Below are positions 48,386 to 57,835 of a stretch of DNA of 64,000 bases, piece by piece. Made by a program: the position numbers and the translations under genes. The notes under the pieces were generated by a model. It was not told the origin of the DNA, searched no databases, and was given only the letters and a program-made list of their open reading frames with translations. The stretch's first letter is position 1; each line of letters begins with the position of its first letter. Origin of the DNA: a candidate division WWE3 bacterium GW2011_GWB1_41_6 (lineage in GTDB: Bacteria > Patescibacteriota > WWE3 > UBA101185 > UBA10185); contig LCBS01000001.1 in the NCBI GenBank assembly GCA_000997355.1, positions 5,191 through 69,190 of the forward strand, read 5' to 3'.

Positions 48386-51300
48386 ATGAGGATCCTGCCA
48401 ACTCCAACCGATATTCGGAGGAAAAAACGTCTTAAACGGACGAAACTAACTTCGAAATTTGCTATATTTGTCGGAATGTCTCTGGTTTTGCTTATTGCAA
48501 TAGGGTCTCCCCTTGTTTCCAAAGAAATCCAAATAAAGAGAATCAAGACGGATAAAGAAGGTTTTCAGATGAACGAAAGTGTCGAGATCGATATGGGTTC
48601 GTATGAACCGGCTGAGCTGCACGTTTATCTTTTGCGCGGTGAGGAAAAGATCGAGATTAGTGCTGAGTCTATAACGATAGAAAACGGAACTTTATCTATT
48701 AAACCTAGCAAAGATATAAAACCCGGTGCTTACAACCTTATTATTCAGGACGGAACACGCGTAATATACGACAATAATTTTGCTTGGGGCGTTCTAGCCA
48801 TGAACTTCAACAAGTCAGTTTATTTGCCGGATGAAAAGGCTAATATCTCTATCGCGGTTCTGGATGATCAGGGAAATATGGTTTGCGACGCTAATCTAAC
48901 TTTAGTGGCAGAGAATGTGGAACTCGGCCTTACTACAACATTATCAACCGGGGATGATACCATCACAGTAAATCCCGATTGTTACAGGCACGGGTACACG
49001 CTCGATCCCGACTTTGAAACTGAGTACGGATTCGAAGGGATTGGCTCGTATGATTTTACACTTACTGCGGTAACGCAAAACGGTGAGTACGCAATAACCG
49101 ACCAAATAGAAGTCCGTGAAAGTGTTCCATTTGATGTCGAGCGACTTATTGCCACAAGAATATATCCTGCTGATAAATATCCTGTGAATATAGTTATCAC
49201 AGCAAACCAGGACTTTAGCGGTGTGATCCAGGAAACTATTCCTGCGGAATTTGAAATAACTCCGCCATTACACTCCACATCATATGAACTTATTGATGAG
49301 GCGGATAGTAAAAAGTATATTACATGGCAGGTTAACTTAACAGCCGGGGAAACAATTAATATCGGGTATTACTTTAAAGCTCCTGAAATAAGCCCACAGT
49401 TTTATTTGCTTGGAACTCTAAAGTTCTATGAGATCAAAGATGTGGTTGATAATGCACTGGATATTGAAGACATAGAAAATAATGAGGATTTATATGTTGA
49501 GTATGAAACGGAATCGAGTGAGTCCACTGAGTCAAGCGAATACGATAACCAGCAATCATTTCTAATAAGAAACGTCTATGCGGAGGAGTCCACTGAGTCG
49601 GGATTGAGCGTCGACGAATTGGAAGAATTAATGAACTTTGTTCCTCAATCACAAATCGTAGAAGAGGAAGAAAATGTATTGTCCGGCACAGTAATACAAG
49701 AAGAGTTCTTGGTTTTTGAGGAAACGCGCAAGTGGCAGCTTGCGATTGACGTTGTAGCCAAGATGATACTGCTTTGGGACAATGCTTCTTCCATCCCGAC
49801 TGATTGGACATGTTTATCGTGCGGATCGGGGGATTTTTATAACAGGTTTATCAGGGGGTCGGATGCTTACGGAACATCTCAAGGCGGAAACACCTCCCAC
49901 ACTCACTCCGATCCGGGAACCTTAACACTTGTTGATAGTTCAGGTGACTTAGGTACAGCCGGATCCAGCAATACCAACAAACCTCCCAAACAGGATCATA
50001 CCCATCAGATTGCCTCGCCCAGCGTTGCTTCGGGACTTTCAGCTGATAATTTACCAGCATATCGCACCTTAAGAGTAATACGTTATGATTTTGGCATACC
50101 GGCAACATTACCGGCGGGGGTAATTGCATATTTTGTTGACTCTGTACCGGGGGGCTGGACAAAAGTTTATAACGACGGAACCACACCCAGATACGCAAGG
50201 GGAGCAGATACCGTTACCACCGGAGGAAGCAATACCCATACCCATACATTACCCCTAAACAACTCGGCCGGACCCCTTGGAGTACAAAATGTTAAAGGTG
50301 CGGCAAGCGGTACCACTGTTGCCAGTTCCGGCCATACTCATAATAGTACCAGCGGTAGCTCAAACTCCGGGTCAAGTGAGCCGCCATACGTTAACGTCAC
50401 TCTTGCCCAAAAAGATTCAACGGGCGCTGTAACCACTAACATGATTGCCATGTTTGACAACACACCTCCGGCGGGAAATTGGACATTAAAGTCCGATTCA
50501 GGCAGCACTTTTTATCAAAGATTTCCCAGACCTACCGATACCAGCTTAGATACTACCAGTGATACCAGCGCGCACACCCATAGCAACTTTACTATCAATT
50601 CCAGCACCTTAACCGGAGGTACAGGTGACGGTATTGTGGGATCGGGTGGAACCGCTTTTAGCAGCACTTCCCATCAGCATGGAATTACCTTTAGCTTAGA
50701 CTCGCAGGATCATACTCCTGTATATTGGGATGCCATTTTTGCAAAAGCTACAAGTGCTCCCTCCCCTAACCTGGAACAAATCCATTACCACTGGAGGAAC
50801 GACAGCGATAATGAAGCTAACGCCACATCAGCTACAAGCGGAACGGAGGATACGTCACTCAATATAACTAGCGGTTCCAACAAAAGATTGAGAATCGGCG
50901 TTGCTAATGAAGGAGGTGCAGCTGCTGAGGATGTGACGTTCCGTCTGGAATACGGAGCCAAATCTACTACATGCGGTGCTATAGGCACTTGGGTAGATGT
51001 CGGAGCTGATGGAGACGACTGGGATATGTATAACACAACTAACCTTACGGACGGAAACGATACAACAGACATAAGCAATACAATAGGGGGCGTTACTAAT
51101 ACAAATCCTACATTCAAAACGCCAAACACAGGAGTAAAAGATGCCTCCTCGCAGGTTGGGGTTTTGGATCTAACCATAGAAGACTTTACAGAAATGGAGT
51201 TTTCGGTTACGGCTGCGGGTAGCGTGGGGGATTACTGTTTTAGACTAACAAATGCCGGATCAACCACGAACATAACTACTACCACATATGCACTTGCCAG

Positions 51301-52531
51301 TATTACCAACGCAAACACAGCCCCCAACACTCCAACAAGCCTTGTTCAAGCTAAAACGGATGATACGGTTCTAAGTACGGGTGATTGGACGGATGAAACG
51401 TCAGTCAAGTTCACCGCTACCGCGGATGATACAGACGCCAGCGACACCCTCTACCTTTGCGTAGAGAAAGACGACACAGACACTGCTTTCTCGGGAACCG
51501 AGGATCTTTGCGGGAACGGGGTAGCATACTCAGGAACACCAGTCTCTGTTTCGGTAACAATTACAAGTATAACTGATGCAACCCAATATCACTGGCAAGC
51601 CAGAGTCAAAGACGCCGCTAATGAGTATTCTTCGATGCAGGTATACGGAGCCAACTCCGACACAACCCCCGGAGCCGACCGTGATTTTGGCGTTGATACC
51701 ACAGCTCCGACGGGCGGCACGGTTTATGATGGAACGGAAGCCGGAGTAGACAAAGACTTCAGTACTGCATCGCTATCTCAACTATCTGCTAATTGGGGGA
51801 GTTTTAATGCTGCAGCTTCAGGGTTGCAGTATTATGAATACTCTATAGGAACAACCCAGGGTGGAGTTGATACCAAAGGTTGGACGAATGCAACAACCGA
51901 CACCTCCGTAACTGCTACCGGTTTAACATTAATGACATCCAAAATTTACTATTTTAATGTCCGGGCAACGGATAACGCAGATAATGTTCAATCGGCAGTC
52001 TCGTCAGACGGACAAGTTGTCGCACCAAGTTTGGCATTTAGTGTCACGCCGCCGTCCATCACGTTCACCAACCTTGGGCCAGGTAATAGTTATACAGCAA
52101 CGAACAACGCAACATTAACAACATCAACCAATGCGTATAACGGATACGTTATCAGAGCATATACAACCGATCTATTAAAATCCATAGACCTCACCGATAA
52201 TATAATTAATTTTAACGGAGGATCTTATGCCGCACCCGACGAATGGTTGAGCGGTGACAGAGGTTTTGGCTACTACACTTCCGACACTTCTGTTCAAGGT
52301 TCTAATATATTCAATCCCCCAACCTGTCTTGGTGGAGGCAGTTCACCCTGCTACGCACCGTTCTCTCAAACAGCACCGGGTGACATTATTGCGGATAATA
52401 CCGGTACAATTACAGGAACACCTATAACCGCGGAGGAATTTACAGTTAATTTTAAGGTTCAGGTTAACCCTACTCAGGCGACTTCCGATTATAGTACGAC
52501 CGTTGTTTATACGGTGACAGCGCAGTACTAA
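48386..52531 (+). CDS. giant cell-surface protein with tandem phage-tail-collar-like domains and FN3 domains
   Basis: Signal anchor; at least 3 repeats of (I/V)A(M/Y)F ... P.GW ... then T(S/N)HTH (collar-domain LPxHxH pattern); FN3 with DNADNVQS; 1381 aa. Confidence 0.7.
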   Translation: MRILPTPTDIRRKKRLKRTKLTSKFAIFVGMSLVLLIAIGSPLVSKEIQIKRIKTDKEGFQMNESVEIDMGSYEPAELHVYLLRGEEKIEISAESITIENGTLSIKPSKDIKPGAYNLIIQDGTRVIYDNNFAWGVLAMNFNKSVYLPDEKANISIAVLDDQGNMVCDANLTLVAENVELGLTTTLSTGDDTITVNPDCYRHGYTLDPDFETEYGFEGIGSYDFTLTAVTQNGEYAITDQIEVRESVPFDVERLIATRIYPADKYPVNIVITANQDFSGVIQETIPAEFEITPPLHSTSYELIDEADSKKYITWQVNLTAGETINIGYYFKAPEISPQFYLLGTLKFYEIKDVVDNALDIEDIENNEDLYVEYETESSESTESSEYDNQQSFLIRNVYAEESTESGLSVDELEELMNFVPQSQIVEEEENVLSGTVIQEEFLVFEETRKWQLAIDVVAKMILLWDNASSIPTDWTCLSCGSGDFYNRFIRGSDAYGTSQGGNTSHTHSDPGTLTLVDSSGDLGTAGSSNTNKPPKQDHTHQIASPSVASGLSADNLPAYRTLRVIRYDFGIPATLPAGVIAYFVDSVPGGWTKVYNDGTTPRYARGADTVTTGGSNTHTHTLPLNNSAGPLGVQNVKGAASGTTVASSGHTHNSTSGSSNSGSSEPPYVNVTLAQKDSTGAVTTNMIAMFDNTPPAGNWTLKSDSGSTFYQRFPRPTDTSLDTTSDTSAHTHSNFTINSSTLTGGTGDGIVGSGGTAFSSTSHQHGITFSLDSQDHTPVYWDAIFAKATSAPSPNLEQIHYHWRNDSDNEANATSATSGTEDTSLNITSGSNKRLRIGVANEGGAAAEDVTFRLEYGAKSTTCGAIGTWVDVGADGDDWDMYNTTNLTDGNDTTDISNTIGGVTNTNPTFKTPNTGVKDASSQVGVLDLTIEDFTEMEFSVTAAGSVGDYCFRLTNAGSTTNITTTTYALASITNANTAPNTPTSLVQAKTDDTVLSTGDWTDETSVKFTATADDTDASDTLYLCVEKDDTDTAFSGTEDLCGNGVAYSGTPVSVSVTITSITDATQYHWQARVKDAANEYSSMQVYGANSDTTPGADRDFGVDTTAPTGGTVYDGTEAGVDKDFSTASLSQLSANWGSFNAAASGLQYYEYSIGTTQGGVDTKGWTNATTDTSVTATGLTLMTSKIYYFNVRATDNADNVQSAVSSDGQVVAPSLAFSVTPPSITFTNLGPGNSYTATNNATLTTSTNAYNGYVIRAYTTDLLKSIDLTDNIINFNGGSYAAPDEWLSGDRGFGYYTSDTSVQGSNIFNPPTCLGGGSSPCYAPFSQTAPGDIIADNTGTITGTPITAEEFTVNFKVQVNPTQATSDYSTTVVYTVTAQY

Positions 52532-52533
52532 AA

Positions 52534-52562
52534 TCGGGTTAAACCCGATTTTGCACCGTTGT
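52534..52562 (+). terminator. rho-independent terminator
   Basis: atcgggtt aa acccgat followed by TTT. Confidence 0.4.
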
Positions 52563-52672
52563 ATAAGGGTTTTTCAACTCCACTTTTTACATATTGTCAC
52601 TGTCATTTCCGTAATGTATTCATACATTTTCATCTTGCACGAGTTTCCGGTTAGGGGTATTCTGAGAATCCT

Positions 52673-52894
52673 ATGAGCAAACAAAACATCAAAACTCACG
52701 AACCTGAATCTAATGAACCAAAATCTACTTTAACAGGACCACCCGATAATAAAAGAGTAAGTAGCTATGAAAAATATCTTACAAAAGACGGTGAGTATAG
52801 TGATATAAACAAGGTGAGGGAATTATTGAAAAAGGCAAGGAAAGCATTTAATAAAAGTTCAAAACAAAAGAAGAAATGGGAAGAAAAATGTTAA
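52673..52894 (+). CDS. small lysine-rich hypothetical protein
   Basis: 73 aa, basic C-terminus. Confidence 0.3.
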   Translation: MSKQNIKTHEPESNEPKSTLTGPPDNKRVSSYEKYLTKDGEYSDINKVRELLKKARKAFNKSSKQKKKWEEKC

Positions 52895-52977
52895 CTACTG
52901 GAAAGGTACTAAACAAAAGTATTGTTTCATATGTTAGCATATTGCAATGTTCATTATAATATACTAGATTAGTTTAT

Positions 52978-53535
52978 ATGGAAAACCCAACTATTTCTGA
53001 CATATATAAAATATTACTTAGGATAGAGGCTGATATTGTATCCATTAAAAAGACTTTATCTGAACACTCTATAATATTAAATGAGCATTCGAGAATCTTA
53101 GACGAGCATTCGAATATATTACAAAAGCATTCGAAAATTTTAGCAAGTCACACAAAAACACTTAATAGCCACTCCAAAATTTTGATAAATCACTCCAAAA
53201 TTTTGAAGGAACATTCCAAAAAATTTTTAGAACATGATAGTAAGTTTGACACACTCCAAAAACTTATTTTGGACAATCGCGGGAAAATAATGGTTCTGAA
53301 TGAAAGCGTAATAGAAATTAAGGGGGAGTTAGCTGCTTTTCGGCATGAAACAAATACCAGATTTGAGGAAATAGAAAACAAAATAAAGTTTCTGCCACAA
53401 CTTCAAAATAATATCGATAACTTCTTGACAGAGATAATAGAATACAGATCCGAACACGTTGCAATTGACAACAGACTTCATGATCACCGTAAGCGTATTT
53501 CCGATCTTGAGAAAAAGGCCGTAGATTTTAAATAA
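52978..53535 (+). CDS. alpha-helical protein built on eight HSxIL heptads
   Basis: NEHSRIL / DEHSNIL / QKHSKIL / ASHTKTL / NSHSKIL / INHSKIL / KEHSKKF, then a coiled-coil tail. Confidence 0.5.
   Translation: MENPTISDIYKILLRIEADIVSIKKTLSEHSIILNEHSRILDEHSNILQKHSKILASHTKTLNSHSKILINHSKILKEHSKKFLEHDSKFDTLQKLILDNRGKIMVLNESVIEIKGELAAFRHETNTRFEEIENKIKFLPQLQNNIDNFLTEIIEYRSEHVAIDNRLHDHRKRISDLEKKAVDFK
53059..53250 (+). repeat. 8-9 copies of a degenerate 21-bp tandem repeat inside the CDS
   Basis: gaacactctataatattaaat / gagcattcgagaatcttagac / gagcattcgaatatattacaa / aagcattcgaaaattttagca ... Confidence 0.7.
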
Positions 53536-53562
53536 AAGGGCAAAATAGGTTAAAATTAATAC

Positions 53563-54702
53563 ATGCGCTCTATATACTCACCCGCCCGTTTGGTTTGGCC
53601 TTTAAATAAAATAATACGAATATTACTTTTGTCACAAGCCCTTATACTCTTCTCAGCTTTTGCGATTTCTAAAACAGCTGTTGCTCAAGTCATCGACAAT
53701 AATACTCAAGAATCAACGTCGGTAATAATCGAAGAAGAGCCGTTAGATGAACCTACATTAGATTCCCAGTTGGAACCACCAGCTCCCGCGTACATCCCTG
53801 ATATGCAAAACCCCCAATCGGCACTAGGTGTTTCACCTGCCATAATTGAGATCATTTTAGATCCTGGACAATCCACAACAGAAATAGTGACGGTTTTTAA
53901 TATCACGAACTTCCCTATTCCCGTAAAAGGGTTGGCACACAATTTTACGGTAAACGAAAAGTTGTCTTTGACCGAAGATCAGGCAAATATATTTAATGCA
54001 TCGCAATGGATAGGTTTGGAACCGGCAGATTTTATCCTACAGCCAAATCAGGAGCAAGAGATTATCGTTACCATTAACACTCCGGAAAACGCAGAACCGG
54101 GAGGACACTATGCAACAGTATATTTTCAGCCGTTGATACCGGCGGAGTTCATTTCCCAACAAAACACATTTTTGACAGCGCGGGTAGGAATACTTACTTT
54201 TTTTATCGTTAAAGGTGACATTCGCGAAGAAGCAAATATTAAAAATTTATTAACTAAGAACCTTCACCAATCAGGCCCAATTATCTTTGATGTTCCTATT
54301 ATAAACACAGGTAACGTTCATATAATACCAACCGGATTTGTAACCATAAAAAACATGGCCGGAAAAGAAACGGCAAAACTGGAGATTTCAAAAGGCGCCG
54401 TTTTACCTGGTACAGAGCGTATACTTACCGCCCAGTGGCCGAAAAAACTATTATTTGGAAAATATTCAGCTCAAGTGGCAATCACATACAGCGCTGATAA
54501 TCGGATTAGCCAAAGCCCGGAAATAACCTTTTGGGTAATTCCATGGGTTATGATTATCATTATAATTCTCTCATTGACAGTGGTTTATCTACTACTTACA
54601 ATTATGAGAACACGTATTGTTCTTGCTCTGAAGATCCTCTTAGGTAAAGCCGATCCGAAAGACGTGAGAATTACGCGTAGTTCTAGATCGTCAAAAAATT
54701 AA
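53563..54702 (+). CDS. secreted protein with C-terminal TM anchor (paralog A; DUF916/COG1470-like architecture)
   Basis: Signal peptide; AEPGGHYATVYF; C-terminal TM helix followed by basic tail LALKILLGKAD. Confidence 0.5.
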   Translation: MRSIYSPARLVWPLNKIIRILLLSQALILFSAFAISKTAVAQVIDNNTQESTSVIIEEEPLDEPTLDSQLEPPAPAYIPDMQNPQSALGVSPAIIEIILDPGQSTTEIVTVFNITNFPIPVKGLAHNFTVNEKLSLTEDQANIFNASQWIGLEPADFILQPNQEQEIIVTINTPENAEPGGHYATVYFQPLIPAEFISQQNTFLTARVGILTFFIVKGDIREEANIKNLLTKNLHQSGPIIFDVPIINTGNVHIIPTGFVTIKNMAGKETAKLEISKGAVLPGTERILTAQWPKKLLFGKYSAQVAITYSADNRISQSPEITFWVIPWVMIIIIILSLTVVYLLLTIMRTRIVLALKILLGKADPKDVRITRSSRSSKN

Positions 54703-54726
54703 AAATCCCTAAGGAGGTGATTTAGT

Positions 54727-55809
54727 TTGCATAAATTAAGAAAGTTTTCCAGCGGAATCATCGTTTCTTTGGTTGTTTTCTTTGGACTACTGATGTTGCC
54801 CAGATTAGTAGCTCATGCTGCAACTTTGACTACGGGTTCTTTATCCATAAGTGATTCACGACCAAGTACAGCCTCTGTTACATATACAGCCACATTTAGC
54901 AACGTTTCAAACTCGGCAATAAAATGTATTCAGATGCAGTTTGACACTCAATCAGATGGGGCAGGTTCAGCACCAACAGGTATGGTAACTTCAGGTGCCA
55001 CTTATAACGCAGCAGGCTCTGATTATGTTCCGGATGTTCAATCTTGGACGGCAGCCAGCTCAACAGCAGGATTGGTTAAAATAACCAACGCAACCGGGGA
55101 AACTGCTGCAGGAGGAACAGGCATTGTTGTTCTAACAGGTATAACTAACGGGAGTACAGCGGAAACATCTTACTTCATGATTCTTACCACATTTACGGAT
55201 GACGCCTGTACGGGTGGAAATGAGGTCGATACGGGAACTGTAAAGTTCATTTATACCACAGGTCAACTGGTATCTCTTACGATTGATCCTTCTTTGACTT
55301 TTACGGTTGATGCGGTAGCTGATACCGAAACCGTAAACGGCGAGGACCTGACAATTACAACAACCGACGGAACAATACCGTTCACCGGAGTCACAGTATC
55401 TGCAAATGGCGTTGGTGCACATTTGTTAACAGTTAATACTAATGCAGGCGGAGGTTACACCGTATACACAAGATATACCGCAGCGTTGACAAACGTAGCT
55501 TCGGACACAATTACAGATCATACCGGAACCAATGCTCAACCAAGCTCATTTCCTTCTGTGGGAACGGAAGCCTTTGGGTATACTACAACTGACACCACAC
55601 TAACTGCAACCGGTGACGGAGCAGATAGGTTTACAACACCTGCAAATCAGTGGGCAGCGTTCACAACCGGCAATTTAGAAGTTGCCTACAGCGCAGGTCC
55701 CGTAAGCAACGAGGAAACAACGATCGGTTATCAGGTAGGAGTTGCAGGAGCAACAGAAGCCGGTGTTTACAACACAACGATAATTCTAACAGCTACCCCT
55801 ACATACTAA
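54727..55809 (+). CDS. secreted Thr/Gly/Ala-rich beta protein (TTG start)
   Basis: RBS aaggaggtga 7 nt upstream of TTG; signal peptide; low-complexity T/G/A-rich body. Confidence 0.5.
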   Translation: MHKLRKFSSGIIVSLVVFFGLLMLPRLVAHAATLTTGSLSISDSRPSTASVTYTATFSNVSNSAIKCIQMQFDTQSDGAGSAPTGMVTSGATYNAAGSDYVPDVQSWTAASSTAGLVKITNATGETAAGGTGIVVLTGITNGSTAETSYFMILTTFTDDACTGGNEVDTGTVKFIYTTGQLVSLTIDPSLTFTVDAVADTETVNGEDLTITTTDGTIPFTGVTVSANGVGAHLLTVNTNAGGGYTVYTRYTAALTNVASDTITDHTGTNAQPSSFPSVGTEAFGYTTTDTTLTATGDGADRFTTPANQWAAFTTGNLEVAYSAGPVSNEETTIGYQVGVAGATEAGVYNTTIILTATPTY

Positions 55810-55894
55810 TGAAAAAGTAGGGGATGTTGTTAAGACAGCGTGTTAGTATTACTTTGGTTAATTGTTTGCTTAAGTAACTTAGAACGAACTATGT

Positions 55895-56860
55895 ATGACT
55901 AAACCAAAAATTAAATGGCATCAATCAGTTATTACTGTACTCATTGGGTTGGGACTAACACTTATCACATCCATAGTATTAGCTCAGGAACAACCCGGTT
56001 CCCAAGGATCCTCGGGAACCGGTATGGCGATATCACCACCGACTTTTGAACTTACGGGAAATCCCGGAGATGTCATTGACAACACAATCAAGCTTACCAA
56101 CCTCTCAAACCGACCTATAACCATTGGTGTAGATCGCCGTAATTTTACTGCCGTCGGTGAAGAAGGTGCTGTGGGCTTAACGGACGAGGAAACAACTTTT
56201 TCCTTAGCTAGTTGGATCACGGTAAGTCCTTCAGAAGTAACGATAGAACCCGGACAAAGTCAGATCTTTTCTTTCAGAACATCGGTCCCATACAATGCGG
56301 AACCTGGAGGACATTTTGGGTCGGTAATTTTTAAAACGGGCGGGCAGACTCCCGGTTCATCAGGTGCTGCAGTAGCCCAGGAGGTAGCGTCGCTGATTCT
56401 TTTAAGAGTAGCGGGACAAACAACGGTCAGCGGAGAAATCCTTTCATTTACCACAAACAAATCATTTTATGACTACGGACCCATAGACTTCGAAGCAAGG
56501 GTAATAAACGAAGGTAGTGTTCATATCAAGCCAATTGGGTCTATCACGATAAATAATATGTTCGGTAAGCAGGTGGATAAGATTGCCATAGAACCGAAAA
56601 ATGTTCTGCCTGACGCAACCAGGCGAATCCCGGCAAGCTGGAATAAAAAATATCTTATTGGTAAATATACCGCAACTGTCGTATTTTCATATGGAACTAA
56701 CGGTGAAACTATGATAAAATCTACCACATTTAGCGGATTTCCCGTTAAAGAAGGGGGGATCATCTTAGCAGCATTACTCATACTGCTTGCCATACTGTTC
56801 AAAATGAGAAAAAGACTACGCCTGGCATTTAAAATTCTCTTTGGAAATTACAAAGCTTAG
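55895..56860 (+). CDS. secreted protein with C-terminal TM anchor (paralog B)
   Basis: AEPGGHFGSVIF aligns with paralog A, and the C-terminal halves are collinear; tail LAFKILFGNYKA. Confidence 0.5.
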   Translation: MTKPKIKWHQSVITVLIGLGLTLITSIVLAQEQPGSQGSSGTGMAISPPTFELTGNPGDVIDNTIKLTNLSNRPITIGVDRRNFTAVGEEGAVGLTDEETTFSLASWITVSPSEVTIEPGQSQIFSFRTSVPYNAEPGGHFGSVIFKTGGQTPGSSGAAVAQEVASLILLRVAGQTTVSGEILSFTTNKSFYDYGPIDFEARVINEGSVHIKPIGSITINNMFGKQVDKIAIEPKNVLPDATRRIPASWNKKYLIGKYTATVVFSYGTNGETMIKSTTFSGFPVKEGGIILAALLILLAILFKMRKRLRLAFKILFGNYKA

Positions 56861-56880
56861 ATTTAACATGCGCAATAACG

Positions 56881-57825
56881 ATGAGATTTATAAGAGCGAC
56901 AACTGCCATATGTATAATACTAACTGTCTTTACACTTGCTGTTAGACACTCCCAAGCAACTTCAATTAATGTAAGTCTTATTGTGGGTGATACCCGGCTT
57001 ACGTTTCAGGGAAAAACATCGCCTAGTTCGCAAGTAACTTTTACAGAAAATAACAGTGTTATCGGAACTACGGCGTCTGATAATACGGGATATTTCGAAA
57101 AAGAGTTCATTTACAGTTATCCTGCGGATGATATACACAATATTACAATTTATTCGGTTAACGGACTTGGTCAGATGTCCAATCCCATTCTTTACAGTGT
57201 CTTTTTATCCGAATTCACTAACACTACGATTGGCAATCTAATATTACCGCCAACGATTGCTTTATCGGCATTAACAACCGTACAAGGTACCAGCATAACA
57301 GCCAGCGGCTACACCGTTCCAGACTCCTTACTAACCCTTTTATTTTTTAATTCTGCTACCACTCTGAACTCAACTTCTACAGCGGATGGTTACTGGGAGG
57401 TTGCGATAGACACAACGGCGTTAAACTCGGGTACACATACTGTATACGGGAAAACCACTGCTGAAGGGGGGTATCTGAGCGATGAAAGCGAGCACAAAAA
57501 CTTTATAGTCACATCTCCGGCCGCCGCAGACTCCGGTAGTGATGACAATGGAGGGGACAATAATGATGACTCAAGCGATTCAGAGTCAGGCAGTTCATCA
57601 ACCGGAACAACAACACAGGATGTATCCAACCTAATTTGCGCCCTTCCAAACTTTCTCAAATTATTTGATTGGGATTTTAACTGTAAGATCAATTTTGATG
57701 AATACGCCTCTTCAGCACGAAGTTGGGTTGGTTTATGGAGAATAGACCAAGAGCCCTGCGACATAAACAGTGACGGCAGGTGCGATATTAGGGATTTTTC
57801 TATACTGCTTTACCATGTATACTAA
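56881..57825 (+). CDS. secreted protein with C-terminal dockerin-like module
   Basis: Two 12-residue Ca-binding loops: DWDFNCKINFDE and DINSDGRCDIRD, about 24 aa apart. Confidence 0.5.
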   Translation: MRFIRATTAICIILTVFTLAVRHSQATSINVSLIVGDTRLTFQGKTSPSSQVTFTENNSVIGTTASDNTGYFEKEFIYSYPADDIHNITIYSVNGLGQMSNPILYSVFLSEFTNTTIGNLILPPTIALSALTTVQGTSITASGYTVPDSLLTLLFFNSATTLNSTSTADGYWEVAIDTTALNSGTHTVYGKTTAEGGYLSDESEHKNFIVTSPAAADSGSDDNGGDNNDDSSDSESGSSSTGTTTQDVSNLICALPNFLKLFDWDFNCKINFDEYASSARSWVGLWRIDQEPCDINSDGRCDIRDFSILLYHVY

Positions 57826-57835
57826 ATAGTAATAT

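Noticed and set aside
54727-55809. WxL-domain (CscB/C-like) call for the Thr-rich secreted protein and the C-terminus of the giant protein
   Set aside because: No Trp-x-Leu motifs at the expected positions; only a superficial compositional resemblance.
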